Positions 18,813-29,624 of a stretch of DNA of 64,000 nt are shown in pieces. The position numbers and the translations under genes are program-made. A model generated the notes under the pieces. It had not been told where the DNA came from. It ran no database searches and saw nothing but the letters and a program-made list of their open reading frames with translations. The DNA lies in contig JBEULP010000003.1 in the NCBI GenBank assembly GCA_041287245.1, positions 1 to 64,000 of the forward strand. Reading direction: 5' to 3'. This stretch comes from Infirmifilum sp. Its GTDB lineage: Archaea > Thermoproteota > Thermoprotei > Thermofilales > Thermofilaceae. Numbering within the stretch: position 1 is the stretch's first letter; every line of letters starts with the position of its first letter.

Positions 18813-20906
18813 TTAAAGGTTTACTGGTTTTATACACTCCCTCCTAGGCATCATGAGTTCCCCTTCTCTAAGGAAGCTGTCTATCACTTCCCGTACAAGG
18901 CTTTCATCTATGCCCCTGCCAGCAAGCTCGTTGACTACTTCTTCTATCTCTACGCACTCGCCTTTTCTATCACTTACAAGATGCCTAATGGTGTCCAGCA
19001 CTGTTATAATCTTCTCACGTTTAGACTTTGGCTGTCCTGTCATTATGGTGTCGATGTCTATTGTCTTTGTTTGAGTGTCAATGCCGACGTTTCTTAGGAA
19101 AAACTCCATAAGCTCTACAGCAGTTTCAGCGTCTTCCCCTGTGACCACCGTCCTAAGGTGTAGTCTCGCACGGGCCTCTGCTAGTCTTATTAAGGCTTCC
19201 AGCTGACGCGGAGTTATCGCTATAGGGGAGCTTGGATCCTCACTCTTAGACCGCATCGTAACATAGTATTCAACTATCTTTGCTTTGGCTTCAGCTGAGA
19301 GCTTAGGCTTGATGTTTTTACGGGCGTAGGCGATGTATTTCTTCAACAAGTCTGCCGGTATGGTACGGCCTAGGGCTTCTGGGTATGACTCACCGTGAAA
19401 ATCTACAACGTATTGCGCCAGCTCCTTGTCTCTCTCTCTGTTGGGAATATCCTTTATAACAAATATTAGGTCAAACCTTGACAAAATTGTCACCGGTAAG
19501 TCGATGTTTTCTGAAATGTTTCGCCCTAGTAGGTACCTCCCGAAGACAGGATTGGCCGCTGCTAGAATAGAGGCACGGGCGTTTAAGGTAGCCACAATAC
19601 CCGCCTTTGCTATGCTGACGGTTTGTTGCTCCATAGCCTCGTGGATGCTTACCCTATCCCGAGCCTCCATCTTGTCAAACTCGTCGATACAAGCAACCCC
19701 TCCGTCTGCAAGAACCAAAGCGCCGGCCTCCAGGTAAAACTCTCCAGAGTTCTTTTCACGTACAACCGCGGCCGTTAAACCTGCTGCTGAAGCGCCTTTC
19801 CCGGAAGTGTATATACCCCTCGGCGCGAGCGACGCGACATACCTTAGAATCTGACTCTTGGCAGTGCCTGGATCACCAATCAGAAGTATGTGTATGTCAC
19901 CCCTGACCCTGACCCCGTCCGGGTATATCTTGGGAACTCCTCCGAAAAGTAGTAGTGCTATTGCCTTCTTAATCTCTTTATAACCATATATCGAGGGGGC
20001 GATAGAGTTAAGTACAAGCTCCTCAATGTCCTCTCTCCGTGAAAGTTCGAGTATCTTCTTCTCATCGTCCGGCGTAATCTCGATGTCTAGGCTCTCCTTA
20101 GTAGCCACCTCTATGAAATTCGCCTCTATGTAGGGGTGAAAGATAGGCGGTGCATTCTTTAAGAGTTTTTTATCCTCCTCAACTTTCATAAAACCAATAA
20201 TCGTGGCTCTGTCCCCAGGGCGAACCATATCTGCTAAATCCTCCCTGACGACGACGTCAATCGACCTCGGGAGCTGGCCTGGGGGTAATTCTTCCGGCTT
20301 TTCCTGTAAAACAAACTTCTGTATGTCCACAAACTTACTCTTTTCTATAACAAGCACAAACCCCTGAGATTTTCTCCCCTCCTCCTCGCACTTTGGACAA
20401 AAAGTAGGCCTCGTGTAACCCTCGGCCTCCTGTACGACCTCCTGTTCATAACCGCAGGTCTTACATTTGAAAACCCCTAGCACAAGCTCGTGTTTTACAG
20501 GGGAAATCTTCGTAACTATTCCTTCAATAGCTAGAAGCTGGCCGAGGTGCTTAGCCCGTATGTCCCTGATCTTCACATGGTGGCTCTCTGGAAGCTTCCG
20601 AATCCGAACATGAAACTCACGTACCTTCTGCGCGTACTCCGGGTTTTCAATGCTCATTACTTCGTATACTGCCTTAGATGCATTTTCCAGGAAAGTCAAT
20701 GGAGTGTCAATAAGAGTGTCGGCTAAAGTCTTGTCGTACTGTAGTATATCCTCGAAGTCTATAACAAGAGAAATGCTGTTCTCAGCACTCATTCGCCGTA
20801 TCATTTCCCTATACTTTTCTCTGCCGTCAGAGGAGCGGAAGTCCTTAAGAAACTCCACTAGTCGTTCAACAAGGGGGAGACTTTCCACGACAACCTGGCT
20901 AGTCAT
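18813..20906 (-). CDS. mcm: MCM replicative helicase
   Basis: Zn finger, GDPGTAKS, IDEFDKM, SRFD, ITPRQLE; start at MTSQ. Confidence 0.97.
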   Translation of the reverse strand: MTSQVVVESLPLVERLVEFLKDFRSSDGREKYREMIRRMSAENSISLVIDFEDILQYDKTLADTLIDTPLTFLENASKAVYEVMSIENPEYAQKVREFHVRIRKLPESHHVKIRDIRAKHLGQLLAIEGIVTKISPVKHELVLGVFKCKTCGYEQEVVQEAEGYTRPTFCPKCEEEGRKSQGFVLVIEKSKFVDIQKFVLQEKPEELPPGQLPRSIDVVVREDLADMVRPGDRATIIGFMKVEEDKKLLKNAPPIFHPYIEANFIEVATKESLDIEITPDDEKKILELSRREDIEELVLNSIAPSIYGYKEIKKAIALLLFGGVPKIYPDGVRVRGDIHILLIGDPGTAKSQILRYVASLAPRGIYTSGKGASAAGLTAAVVREKNSGEFYLEAGALVLADGGVACIDEFDKMEARDRVSIHEAMEQQTVSIAKAGIVATLNARASILAAANPVFGRYLLGRNISENIDLPVTILSRFDLIFVIKDIPNRERDKELAQYVVDFHGESYPEALGRTIPADLLKKYIAYARKNIKPKLSAEAKAKIVEYYVTMRSKSEDPSSPIAITPRQLEALIRLAEARARLHLRTVVTGEDAETAVELMEFFLRNVGIDTQTKTIDIDTIMTGQPKSKREKIITVLDTIRHLVSDRKGECVEIEEVVNELAGRGIDESLVREVIDSFLREGELMMPRRECIKPVNL

Positions 20907-20908
20907 AG

Positions 20909-21457
20909 CTACACAACACCTACTAGTTTCTTCATAGAGTCGCTCCACGAGCTTATTACGTTGCAGAGCTGTACATAGAGCAACTGTTCTTCTCGCGTCA
21001 TGTTCTTCATCTTTTCGCGCTCGACCTGCTGGCTCGCCATGGCGAGCTCGACGATCTTCTTAAGTCTTAGGCGTAGGAGGTCTGAAAAGGATATCCTGGC
21101 ACTTTTAAGCTCAGCTTCATATTCCACATTGCCTTTAGAGACTTCAGACTTGAGGAACAATATATACAACATTAGCTTTAAGTAGAAACCATCTTCAAGG
21201 GGCTGTAGCGTCTCGCTTCTCTCCTCGTTCCAGCACAGCTTCTTCAAATTCAGACTGGACTTAAAAGCTTCGACGTCGACTCTAGCCTCGTCCTTAGAAA
21301 TGAGTTCTAGAGCATGAGTATATGGAAGCTTAATCTTCATTCCCGGTTTCAACTTGAGCTCGAGCCCTCCTATGTTCTCCTTCCCCTCCTTCTCAACAGT
21401 CAGCGGTATTTCAATATCCGAGTAAAATAGAGAGTCGAGCAGGCCAGGAACAATCAC
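20909..21457 (-). CDS. GINS subunit Gins23
   Basis: Directly upstream of mcm; LQPLEDGFY, RLKKIV..A, NMTREE..LY. Confidence 0.85.
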   Translation of the reverse strand: MIVPGLLDSLFYSDIEIPLTVEKEGKENIGGLELKLKPGMKIKLPYTHALELISKDEARVDVEAFKSSLNLKKLCWNEERSETLQPLEDGFYLKLMLYILFLKSEVSKGNVEYEAELKSARISFSDLLRLRLKKIVELAMASQQVEREKMKNMTREEQLLYVQLCNVISSWSDSMKKLVGVV

Positions 21458-21555
21458 ACCATAATGTCGCTATATGGTCTACATCAATTTTCCACTTTGA
21501 AAACAGCGAAAGTAAAACATCGCTTAGCTGTAATATAAACGTACTACCGCGCGCT

Positions 21556-21774
21556 CTAGCGCGTCGCAAGCTTTCTCGCTTCACGCTCAGTCTCGCGCAA
21601 GAGCACAATATCTCCAACCCTAACAGGTCCTCGGACGTTCCTTGTGAGTATTCTACCCTTGTCCCTTCCTTCAAGTACTCTGACTCGAACCTGTGTAACC
21701 TCTCCTGTGACTCCAGTTCTCCCGATCACCTGAACTACCTCAGCTGGGGTAGCATCACTCCACTTGTCTGCCAT
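21556..21774 (-). CDS. rps28e: Ribosomal protein eS28
   Basis: [33 protein letters not shown]. Confidence 0.97.
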   Translation of the reverse strand: MADKWSDATPAEVVQVIGRTGVTGEVTQVRVRVLEGRDKGRILTRNVRGPVRVGDIVLLRETEREARKLATR

Positions 21775-21855
21775 ACTACCTTCTCCCTCCACTTACTCAA
21801 CAAGCGAGTTTAAAAGTTTTCTATTTAGGGAAAAAATATCACGTGCGATAGAATC

Positions 21856-22236
21856 TTATGCTGAGACCTTAAGCCTATTTACCTCCTGAACAACCTCGTC
21901 AACAAGGGGTTTTGCTTCACCGGGGTCCACTATCGCCGCGGCTGAGGCGCCAACGTTTATGCCCGCTGCCTTCCCAAGCCTCTCTTTCGAGGGGACATAA
22001 ACGTAGGGAACCTTCTTCTCTTCACAAAGCAGTGGAAGATGCGCGACAACCTCTGGAGGATCAACGTCCTCCGCAATAAGTACTAGCACAGCTTGACCTC
22101 GCTCGATCGCTTTAGTGGTTTCGTTTACTCCTTTTTTAATTCTTCCTTTCTCCCTGGCAGTTGACAAGGCTTGATATGCTTTTTCTGCAACTTCCGCCGG
22201 TACTTCAAACTTCACATAATACGGTTTTTTAGACAT
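21856..22236 (-). CDS. rpl7ae: Ribosomal protein L7Ae (kink-turn binding)
   Basis: [29 protein letters not shown]. Confidence 0.97.
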   Translation of the reverse strand: MSKKPYYVKFEVPAEVAEKAYQALSTAREKGRIKKGVNETTKAIERGQAVLVLIAEDVDPPEVVAHLPLLCEEKKVPYVYVPSKERLGKAAGINVGASAAAIVDPGEAKPLVDEVVQEVNRLKVSA

Positions 22237-22604
22237 ATATCGCTCACCTTTCGCTCATCTATTCTTGACTGAATCCAGAACACACTTTATAAATCTTTGC
22301 TTTACAAAGCGCCTCCTTAGAACGCTCCTCTATGTGCACTTTTTGTGGGTTGTCCTCCCTCTCACTGCTTCACAGCCGGAGGCCTGCACACGAACCCGCT
22401 CCGCTCACCCAAGTAGCCCTACGAGGCCCACGCGTAAGCTCATTGCCCGCTCCTCAGCTCGAGGTGTATGAGGCCAGCCGCATGACCTGGGAGCACATCA
22501 GCTCTTCAAGCACAAGGGAGGAGCTTAGAGACAAGATCAAGGAGCTTATGGAGGAGCCTAAGATACCAGAGGCATAATTTGACCCGCGCAGGCTTTATTT
22601 AACC

Positions 22605-23771
22605 TTGAATAAAAGAGGTGTGAGGTACACCTTGCTTCCAGAAAGCATGCGCCGGTACCTTAGCAGGTATTTCAGCCTTGGTTACCTCGACAGTCTAGAG
22701 GCTGCGCTAAAAACCCCCGCCTCGAGATACTTTTTACGGGTAAACTCCCTCAAGGCAAACCCCGCCGACGTCGTATCTGTTATGCGGGAAGAGGGATACG
22801 AGGTTTATCAACACTCAATCGTCAGAGAAGCTATCTACACCCTTGTGAAGGGGCCTAACACTGTAGCTGTGCATCGTGGACGGGTTATCGTCGATTGGAA
22901 AACAGCAGAAAGCGCATACGTGGGCGCTAACATTTATGCTCCTGGGGTTCAAAAAGTGATGAACTGTGAGAAAGGTGACTTTGTAACGGTTTTTTCCCCA
23001 GCTGGAGTACCAGTTGCGGAGGGTGTGTTAGAGATGACCCCTAAGGAAATTTTCTCCGAGAGAAAGGGACTAGCTGTCAGAAGTACAAACTCGATTTACC
23101 GAGTCCCTTCTTTCCGCGAACACCCCTTCTACAGGGCGGGTGTATTGTATGCGCAGTCGTTTCCCAGCATGGCTGCTGTAAAAGCGCTCCCGCTAAGAGA
23201 GGATTGGACAGTCCTCGACATGTGTGCCTCGCCCGGAGGAAAAGCTACACATGCCGCAGAAATCATGAAAGATAAAGGTGAGGTGATTGCAGTCGACAGA
23301 AGTGAGAAAAAGGTTAGAGAGATTGAGGAGAATGCTAGGCGTCTTGGTTTACGCTCGATTAAGCCCCTTGTCTATGACAGCCGGTACATCTCCGATGTTG
23401 TCGACTCCAATAGTATAGACGTGGTTATTCTGGATCCGCCTTGTACAACGTTAGGAATCCGCCCAAAGCTAATCTATACTCGCGGAGAAAAAGATGTTTA
23501 TCAATCCGCGGAGTATCAACGCCAGTTTCTCAGTGAAGCATATAAGGTTCTAAGACGCAGCGGTATTCTATTATATACAACGTGCACCTTAACACCCCAC
23601 GAGAACGAGTTGAACATCATCTACGCCGTATCAGAGATCGGGTTCAAGGCTCTCCCTCTCAGTCTTCCTTTCTCGCTTCGTTCCCCTCTCCTGGGCGTTG
23701 ATGGGGGTGTTTTTGACCCGGTGGTGAGCGATACTCCAGGGTTTTTTATCTCAATGCTTGTAAAAAGGTAA
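22605..23771 (+). CDS. PUA-domain RNA m5C methyltransferase (NSUN6/RsmB-NOL1 family)
   Basis: LRVNSLK, GANIYAPG, LDMCASPGGK, LDPPC, YTTCT, ENE. Confidence 0.92.
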   Translation: MNKRGVRYTLLPESMRRYLSRYFSLGYLDSLEAALKTPASRYFLRVNSLKANPADVVSVMREEGYEVYQHSIVREAIYTLVKGPNTVAVHRGRVIVDWKTAESAYVGANIYAPGVQKVMNCEKGDFVTVFSPAGVPVAEGVLEMTPKEIFSERKGLAVRSTNSIYRVPSFREHPFYRAGVLYAQSFPSMAAVKALPLREDWTVLDMCASPGGKATHAAEIMKDKGEVIAVDRSEKKVREIEENARRLGLRSIKPLVYDSRYISDVVDSNSIDVVILDPPCTTLGIRPKLIYTRGEKDVYQSAEYQRQFLSEAYKVLRRSGILLYTTCTLTPHENELNIIYAVSEIGFKALPLSLPFSLRSPLLGVDGGVFDPVVSDTPGFFISMLVKR

Positions 23772-23777
23772 TGTCGC

Positions 23778-24491
23778 TCATAGTTTAGATATGAACTGTT
23801 CTAGCTCGCTCGTTGAGAAGCTTTTGAAGGTTTTATCATGGATGTCTATCTTAGCTAGCTCTATGTTCTCTGCATTGAACCCCTCCTCCATCGACTCTTT
23901 AAGTGCTCTGAGCGCAAGCAAGATGGCTTTTTCAGTAGTTATATCATCAGAGTATTCCTTTGTGAACAAGTCTATTGCCTTCTGGGCTCCGGCGCCGATC
24001 GCTCTAGCCTTGCACCTTAGATATGTGCCTCCGGGGTCTGTCTGGATCAGGTGTACTCCTTTTCTGTCTATTCCTGCGAATAGAAAGGCAACGCCGAATG
24101 GCCTTACCCCTCCATGTTGAGTGTACATCTGTTTGATGTCGCAGATGCGTTTTACAAGGAGCTCGATGGGTACAGGTTCGCCGTAGACGAGCCTATGGCT
24201 TTGAGCAAAGATCCTTGCCTGGTCTATTAATACGCGCGCGTCTCCGAAGAGACCTGCAAACGCTACTGCAACATGGTCATCTATCTTCTTGATTTTCTCG
24301 GTGCCCTCTACCAGTGGGGAGGTACTCCTCTTCTCCACGGCTAGTACAACACCGTCTGAGGCTTTTACGCCTAGGGCTGTCATCCCGCGCTTTACTGCCT
24401 CGTATGCATACTCAACCTGGTAAAGCCTTCCCTCGGGACTAAAGATGGTTATGGCTCTATCGTAACCTGCCATTGGAGCAGTTGGAAACAT
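23778..24491 (-). CDS. psmA: Proteasome alpha subunit
   Basis: YDRAITIFSPEGRLYQVEYA, RPFG. Confidence 0.97.
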   Translation of the reverse strand: MFPTAPMAGYDRAITIFSPEGRLYQVEYAYEAVKRGMTALGVKASDGVVLAVEKRSTSPLVEGTEKIKKIDDHVAVAFAGLFGDARVLIDQARIFAQSHRLVYGEPVPIELLVKRICDIKQMYTQHGGVRPFGVAFLFAGIDRKGVHLIQTDPGGTYLRCKARAIGAGAQKAIDLFTKEYSDDITTEKAILLALRALKESMEEGFNAENIELAKIDIHDKTFKSFSTSELEQFISKL

Positions 24492-24623
24492 GTAGATACA
24501 CCAGATTCAACAAGCATGCCGAAGTTAATAATTCTTTTCGTGCCCCTCATCTACAAGGCTCCGCTTATTCTTTACCTGTAAAACGTCATATTTAATTTAG
24601 TGTAAATATAACCTAATTCTCAG

Positions 24624-25337
24624 GTGCTGGGTTTGTCGAAGAAAAAACTGAGCATAGCTCGGCTCGAGAAAGGTGGTAAAAGATTTGAAGTATTCGTTGA
24701 CGCTGAAAAAGCCTGGGCGCTTAAAAATGGAGAGAAAATCGATGTTAGAGAGATCGTTGAGGGTGAGTTTGTTTACTCTGATGCTAAACAGGGACTCAAA
24801 GCCGCGGAGGGGGATCTCAAAAAATGGTTTGGGACGACTGACCCCTATGCTGTGGCTGAAATAATAATAAAGAGAGGAGAACTATTATTAACAGCGGAGC
24901 AGAGAAAGGAGCTGATCGAGGCGAAGAGGCGTCAAATAATAGAGTTTCTCTCTAGAAACACAATAGACCCTAGGACTAACACGCCGATTCCTCCTAAAAG
25001 GATTGAACTTGCATTGGAAGAGGCTAGGGTTAGCATCGACCCCTTTAAACCCGTCGAAGTGCAGGTTAACGATATCTTGAAGAGTTTGAGAATGGTTTTA
25101 CCCTTGAAAGTTGCCAAGGCAATCCTAGCTGTCCACATACCAGCTTCTCATGTAGGTAAGGTTTATGGCGCTCTTCAGAAGATGGGTAGGGTTCTCAGGG
25201 AAAACTATGGATCTGATGGGTCGCTTAGCGTTGAACTGGAGGTTCCAGCTGGAATGCAGTCCTCTGTTATGGAGATTGTTTCAAGTATAACTAAGGGACA
25301 GGGTGACGTTAAGCTTCTACGAACTGAACAGGTTTGA
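24624..25337 (+). CDS. SBDS/Sdo1 ribosome maturation factor
   Basis: ARL..GG.RFE, IDPRT..PIPP.RIE; exosome operon position. Confidence 0.93.
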   Translation: MLGLSKKKLSIARLEKGGKRFEVFVDAEKAWALKNGEKIDVREIVEGEFVYSDAKQGLKAAEGDLKKWFGTTDPYAVAEIIIKRGELLLTAEQRKELIEAKRRQIIEFLSRNTIDPRTNTPIPPKRIELALEEARVSIDPFKPVEVQVNDILKSLRMVLPLKVAKAILAVHIPASHVGKVYGALQKMGRVLRENYGSDGSLSVELEVPAGMQSSVMEIVSSITKGQGDVKLLRTEQV

Positions 25338-25351
25338 AAAGGTGAGAGAGA

Positions 25352-26050
25352 GTGACTATCTACGTGAAGGATAGGCAGATCGTCGTACCGGGTGAGCCTA
25401 TAGGCGAACAAGGAAAATTTAGCATTGAAGGCTATGTATACCGTGTTAATAAGAAGTTTTACTCGAAGGTATTGGGGGTAGTGTATATTGACCAGGATAG
25501 GCGCCTTGTCCGGGTTATCCCCCTTAGAGGGAAGTATATTCCAGTCGAGGGACACAAGATAATTGGGAAGATTGTTGAGGTAGGTTTTACGAACTGGATT
25601 GTGGATATCAACTCCCCTTACTCTGCGGTGCTTCCGGTGAGCGAGGTTACCTCTAAGCCTGTAAACATCTCTCGTAATGAGCTTGCAAGAATACTTGATG
25701 AGGGAGATTTGATTCTGGCTAAGGTCGTATCCTTTGACTTCACCAAGGATCCCGTGATCAGTATAAGGGAGTCGAAGCTAGGCAAGATCCCCAGGGGCTC
25801 GCTTGTTGAGATTAGCCCACAGAAGATTGCAAGAATAATAGGAAAGAAAGGCTCGATGATCTCGCTTATCGAAGAGATGCTTGACGTTCAACTTATTGTG
25901 GGGCAGAATGGCAGAGTTGTTGTCGTTGGAAGTGACCCTCTAAAGGAGGAGATAGCAGTTTTAGCTATAAAGAAGATAGACGCAGAAGCTCATATATCTG
26001 GCTTAACTGATAGAATCAAAGAGTTTATCAGGGAGAGGTTGAGAGAATGA
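25352..26050 (+). CDS. rrp4: Exosome RNA-binding subunit Rrp4
   Basis: S1 plus KH domains (RIIGKKGSM, GQNG). Confidence 0.95.
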   Translation: MTIYVKDRQIVVPGEPIGEQGKFSIEGYVYRVNKKFYSKVLGVVYIDQDRRLVRVIPLRGKYIPVEGHKIIGKIVEVGFTNWIVDINSPYSAVLPVSEVTSKPVNISRNELARILDEGDLILAKVVSFDFTKDPVISIRESKLGKIPRGSLVEISPQKIARIIGKKGSMISLIEEMLDVQLIVGQNGRVVVVGSDPLKEEIAVLAIKKIDAEAHISGLTDRIKEFIRERLRE

Positions 26051-26793
26051 ATAAGGCTAAAAGCATTAAGCTACTTGACGAAAACGGGAGAAGAAACGAT
26101 GGACGACTTCCTGACGAGATGCGGCCGTTGAAGATAGATGCAGGAGTTTTAAAGAACGCTGATGGTTCGGCATATGTAGAGCTTGGCAATAACAAGGTCA
26201 TAGCCGCTGTCTATGGACCTCGCGAGGTAACTCCCCGTCACGAGGCTATGAGTGACAGGGCTATCCTCAGGTGCAAGTATACCATGCTACCCTTTAGCGT
26301 GTCCGAGAGAAAAAGCCCTCAGCCATCTCGACGAGAAGTCGAGTTATCAAAGGTTATCCGAGAGGCCTTAACACCGGCTATATTTCTCAACGAGTATCCA
26401 AGGACGACTATCGATGTATTTATAAACATACTGGAGGCTGACGGGGGTACCAGAACAGCCAGTATAATAGCGGCTGCTGTGGCCCTCGCAGACGCGGGTA
26501 TAGCTATGCGGGATCTTGTGGCTGCTATTGCTGTAGGGAAGATAGAGGATATCCTGGTCTTAGACATTAACGGTCTAGAGGATCAATATGGGGACGGCGA
26601 CATGCCGATAGCTATGATGCCCAAGCTAGGCGAGATCACACTCATACAGTCTGACGGGGTTTTCACGCGAGAGGAGCTGGAACAAGCTCTCTCAATGGTT
26701 GCAGGCCCCATCAGGAAAATCTACGAGGTGCAAATGAAGGCTTTAAAAAGCAAGTACGAGTCAATAAGGCAAGAGGTGAGTGAGAGTGAGTGA
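26047..26793 (+). CDS. rrp41: Exosome exonuclease Rrp41
   Basis: R.DGR, ADGSAY, YGPRE, ADGGTR. Confidence 0.96.
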   Translation: MNKAKSIKLLDENGRRNDGRLPDEMRPLKIDAGVLKNADGSAYVELGNNKVIAAVYGPREVTPRHEAMSDRAILRCKYTMLPFSVSERKSPQPSRREVELSKVIREALTPAIFLNEYPRTTIDVFINILEADGGTRTASIIAAAVALADAGIAMRDLVAAIAVGKIEDILVLDINGLEDQYGDGDMPIAMMPKLGEITLIQSDGVFTREELEQALSMVAGPIRKIYEVQMKALKSKYESIRQEVSESE

Positions 26794-27610
26794 CGCGGGT
26801 TCTAAGCTACGTGTGCTGCCTGTAATTAGGAAAGAACTGTTGGTTGCTTCTCTGAAAAGGGGAGAAAGGCTGGATGGAAGAAAGCCAGAAGAGATCCGAC
26901 CGGTATCTATCCAGACCGGGGTTATAAGCAAGGCGGAAGGTTCCGCTATTGTACAACTGGGAGATACGCGCGTGATAGCTGGTGTAAAACTTGGTGTGAG
27001 CGCTCCCTTCGGGGACACTCCTGATGAGGGAGTGTTAATCGTAAATGCTGAACTATCACCTGTCGCCTCGCCCCTTTTTGAACCGGGGCCTCCGGGAGAG
27101 GAGGACATCGAGCTTGCAAGGGTCATCGATCGAGGACTTAGAAGCGCAGAGGTTATAGATATGCAAAGGCTTTCAATAATCCCTGGCTCCAAGGTTTGGG
27201 CTGTCTTCATAGACATATATCCTATTGATCATGCAGGGAACATACTTGACGCTGCAGGACTCGCCGCCATGAGCGCCTTGTTGAAGGCGCAAGTTCCAAA
27301 GGCGAGCGTTGAGAACGGTAAAATAACCATCCTAGAGGAGAAGTCTCCGCTGCCGGTTCGTGGTCGAATAGTTTACGTCACCCTGGCGAAAATCGGGGAC
27401 TACCTGGTAGTCGATCCCACGTTAGAGGAAGAGCTCGCCAGCGACGTTAAAATTACCTTCGGGGTAACAGAGGATCAGAAAATATGTGCAATACAGAAGA
27501 GTGGAGAAGGTTCTCTAAAGCCTTCAGAACTACTTCAGGCGAGAGAAATGGCCTTTGAGGCTTCGAAAAAACTCTTTGAGAAGCTACCCCCTGTTCAGCA
27601 ACACGCGTAA
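26786..27610 (+). CDS. rrp42: Exosome subunit Rrp42
   Basis: RLDGR, AEGSA, ELARVIDRGLR, VDPTLEEE. Confidence 0.95.
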   Translation: MSDAGSKLRVLPVIRKELLVASLKRGERLDGRKPEEIRPVSIQTGVISKAEGSAIVQLGDTRVIAGVKLGVSAPFGDTPDEGVLIVNAELSPVASPLFEPGPPGEEDIELARVIDRGLRSAEVIDMQRLSIIPGSKVWAVFIDIYPIDHAGNILDAAGLAAMSALLKAQVPKASVENGKITILEEKSPLPVRGRIVYVTLAKIGDYLVVDPTLEEELASDVKITFGVTEDQKICAIQKSGEGSLKPSELLQAREMAFEASKKLFEKLPPVQQHA

Positions 27611-27652
27611 AATATATTAAGCGTATTCTACAACCGTAAACGGGATACTCTT

Positions 27653-27931
27653 ATGGGTAAGCATACAAAGATCGTTGGAAGGGCAGGCAGGTTTGGGGCA
27701 CGTTATGGCTCTACTCTACGTAAAAAGGTAGCCGTCATAGAGCACAAGATGAAGTCTAAGCACAGATGTCCAAGGTGTCAGACTGTTGGAAGCCTCAGAA
27801 GGGTTAGTGTGGGAATATGGACCTGTAAAAAGTGCGGCTATACCTTCGCGGGAGGCGCCTATTTGCCGCGCACAGAATCTGGAAGGACGTTTACACCGGA
27901 AGAGTTAAAAGCTCTTGGGCTTAAAGCCTAG
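27653..27931 (+). CDS. rpl37ae: Ribosomal protein eL43 (L37ae)
   Basis: [25 protein letters not shown]. Confidence 0.96.
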   Translation: MGKHTKIVGRAGRFGARYGSTLRKKVAVIEHKMKSKHRCPRCQTVGSLRRVSVGIWTCKKCGYTFAGGAYLPRTESGRTFTPEELKALGLKA

Positions 27932-28720
27932 AAACTCTCTGGATAGAAAAAGAGCCTCCTCGGGAGTGATTTCTTCCACCCGTTTTTCAGGATTTATGCC
28001 TTTCTCGATCAATATTCTCCTTGATGCCTCCTTGTTTATCCTGTATCCTAAAGCTATTCCGCTTGAGAGTTTCTTCCTACGGTAGGGAAAAACTACCCGT
28101 GTAAAGGATTCTAAAGCCGTGACCTCTCCTGGAGTGACCTTCCCCTTTGGAGTCAGCCTTACAACAAGCGTATCAACCTTTGGTTTCGGGTGGTAAGCCT
28201 CCCTGGGAATAATAAAGAGCTTCTCAACGGAGAAGCATAGCTGTGCTATGATGGATAACCTGCCATATTCAGGCATACCTGGTGAGGCCTGAATTCTCTC
28301 ACCTACTTCTAGCTGTACTCCCAGAACAGCATAATCAAGGGATACGTCTTTGCACAACATCGAGATAATCTGGGAGGATAAATAAAAGGGGGTATTAGAA
28401 GCCACGACGTGTCTACTTGCACTAACTTTTAACAAAGTAGCGTCTGCCCTGATCACATCAATATTTTCCATGTCGCTGTAACACTCTTTTAACATCTTCA
28501 CGATAGACCCGTCAATCTCGCTACAAAAAACATAGTCTGCTACCTTTGAAAGAGGTATAGTTAGACTACCAAGCCCGCAACCTATCTCATAGACCACTCG
28601 ACACCTACCCACGGCGTTCACAAACCTCTCTACAAAATTCTCGTCAACAAGCAAATGCTGACCCAGGCGCCTACGCAGCCTAACCCCTTCACCGCGTTTG
28701 AAACACTGCACTCCGCACAA
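27905..28720 (-). CDS. rsmA: 16S rRNA dimethyladenosine transferase KsgA/Dim1
   Basis: [31 protein letters not shown]. Confidence 0.92.
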   Translation of the reverse strand: MCGVQCFKRGEGVRLRRRLGQHLLVDENFVERFVNAVGRCRVVYEIGCGLGSLTIPLSKVADYVFCSEIDGSIVKMLKECYSDMENIDVIRADATLLKVSASRHVVASNTPFYLSSQIISMLCKDVSLDYAVLGVQLEVGERIQASPGMPEYGRLSIIAQLCFSVEKLFIIPREAYHPKPKVDTLVVRLTPKGKVTPGEVTALESFTRVVFPYRRKKLSSGIALGYRINKEASRRILIEKGINPEKRVEEITPEEALFLSREFLGFKPKSF

Positions 28721-28807
28721 CCAAGAGCCTCCATAAAACCAAAGGTATTAACTATTTCGCGCGCCACGCGCAGTTATCAAATGGTACCAGAGTGATACAA
28801 TCGAAGG

Positions 28808-28884
28808 GGCCCGGGCCGGGATTCGAACCCGGGTTTACTGGCTCCACAGGCCAGCGTGTTAAACCAGGCTACACCACCCGGGCC
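28808..28884 (-). tRNA. tRNA-His(GTG), intronless, G-1 genome-encoded
   Basis: Minus strand G-GCCCGGG...CTGGC-CT-GTG-GA-GCCAG...CCCGGGC-C. Confidence 0.96.
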
Positions 28885-29049
28885 TCTGTATTAAAATGTT
28901 AAAAACGCCTTATTTTATTGTTTTTGTCTTCTTCCACGCTCGGGCGATCTGAGAGAGTTTAGGGTTCTGGGCTATGCGCGCGCCCTTGGAATGATTCGTA
29001 AGTGGTCTTTGATGTGAACCTTTAAAATCGCGTTTTCCTCGTAAATTTT

Positions 29050-29592
29050 GTGGATGGCGGACTTGTCTTACTTGAGAAGGGGCGTGGAGTGCTTTCCTAT
29101 GGTTGGGGGGTTCTAGTTTTTAAGAGTGCTCCTGAGTCTGTTGTTTATTCAATGAATTTGATTAGAAGATTGGGCTTGGGTGGTGAGAGACCCCTTGTGG
29201 TTACTGTTGGAGATGTTGTCTCTCAGAACTTCACCGCCTATGGTTCTACAGACGTGGCTGTGGTCGATGGTGTTACACGGCGCGGTTCGCGGGTTGAGTG
29301 GGGAGTAACTGGCATTGAATATCGTTGTAAAAACCCCGCAGGGACTATATCCTGGGAGTGTTTCCACGTTGTTACAAGGGCAGTTGAGGAGGCGGCGGCT
29401 GGGAGGCGGGGGGTTGTTTATGTTGAGGGAGAGGAGGATCTTTTATCACTAGTAGCTCTCAAGGCCTGTCCCTTGGATTCAGGCTGGGTTATTTATGGTC
29501 ATTGGAAGGGGTTTCTCTGCCTCTTACCCTGTACCAGATTTTTCAAGACAAAGGTTGATGAGTTGCTGGGGAGCTATTTTCAGGAGAAGTGA
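29050..29592 (+). CDS. GTP-dependent dephospho-CoA kinase (DUF359)
   Basis: TVGDVVS, VVDG.T.R, NPAGTI, VEGEEDLL, IYG. Confidence 0.85.
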   Translation: MDGGLVLLEKGRGVLSYGWGVLVFKSAPESVVYSMNLIRRLGLGGERPLVVTVGDVVSQNFTAYGSTDVAVVDGVTRRGSRVEWGVTGIEYRCKNPAGTISWECFHVVTRAVEEAAAGRRGVVYVEGEEDLLSLVALKACPLDSGWVIYGHWKGFLCLLPCTRFFKTKVDELLGSYFQEK

Positions 29593-29624
29593 CCCTCACT
29601 CTTTGATTACTTACTCTCTAGGGG

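Noticed and set aside
22265..22577. Two overlapping short ORFs between rpl7ae and the m5C methyltransferase
   Set aside because: No recognisable motif; only the last 30 or so codons look protein-like. Could be a gene remnant, but I cannot support a call
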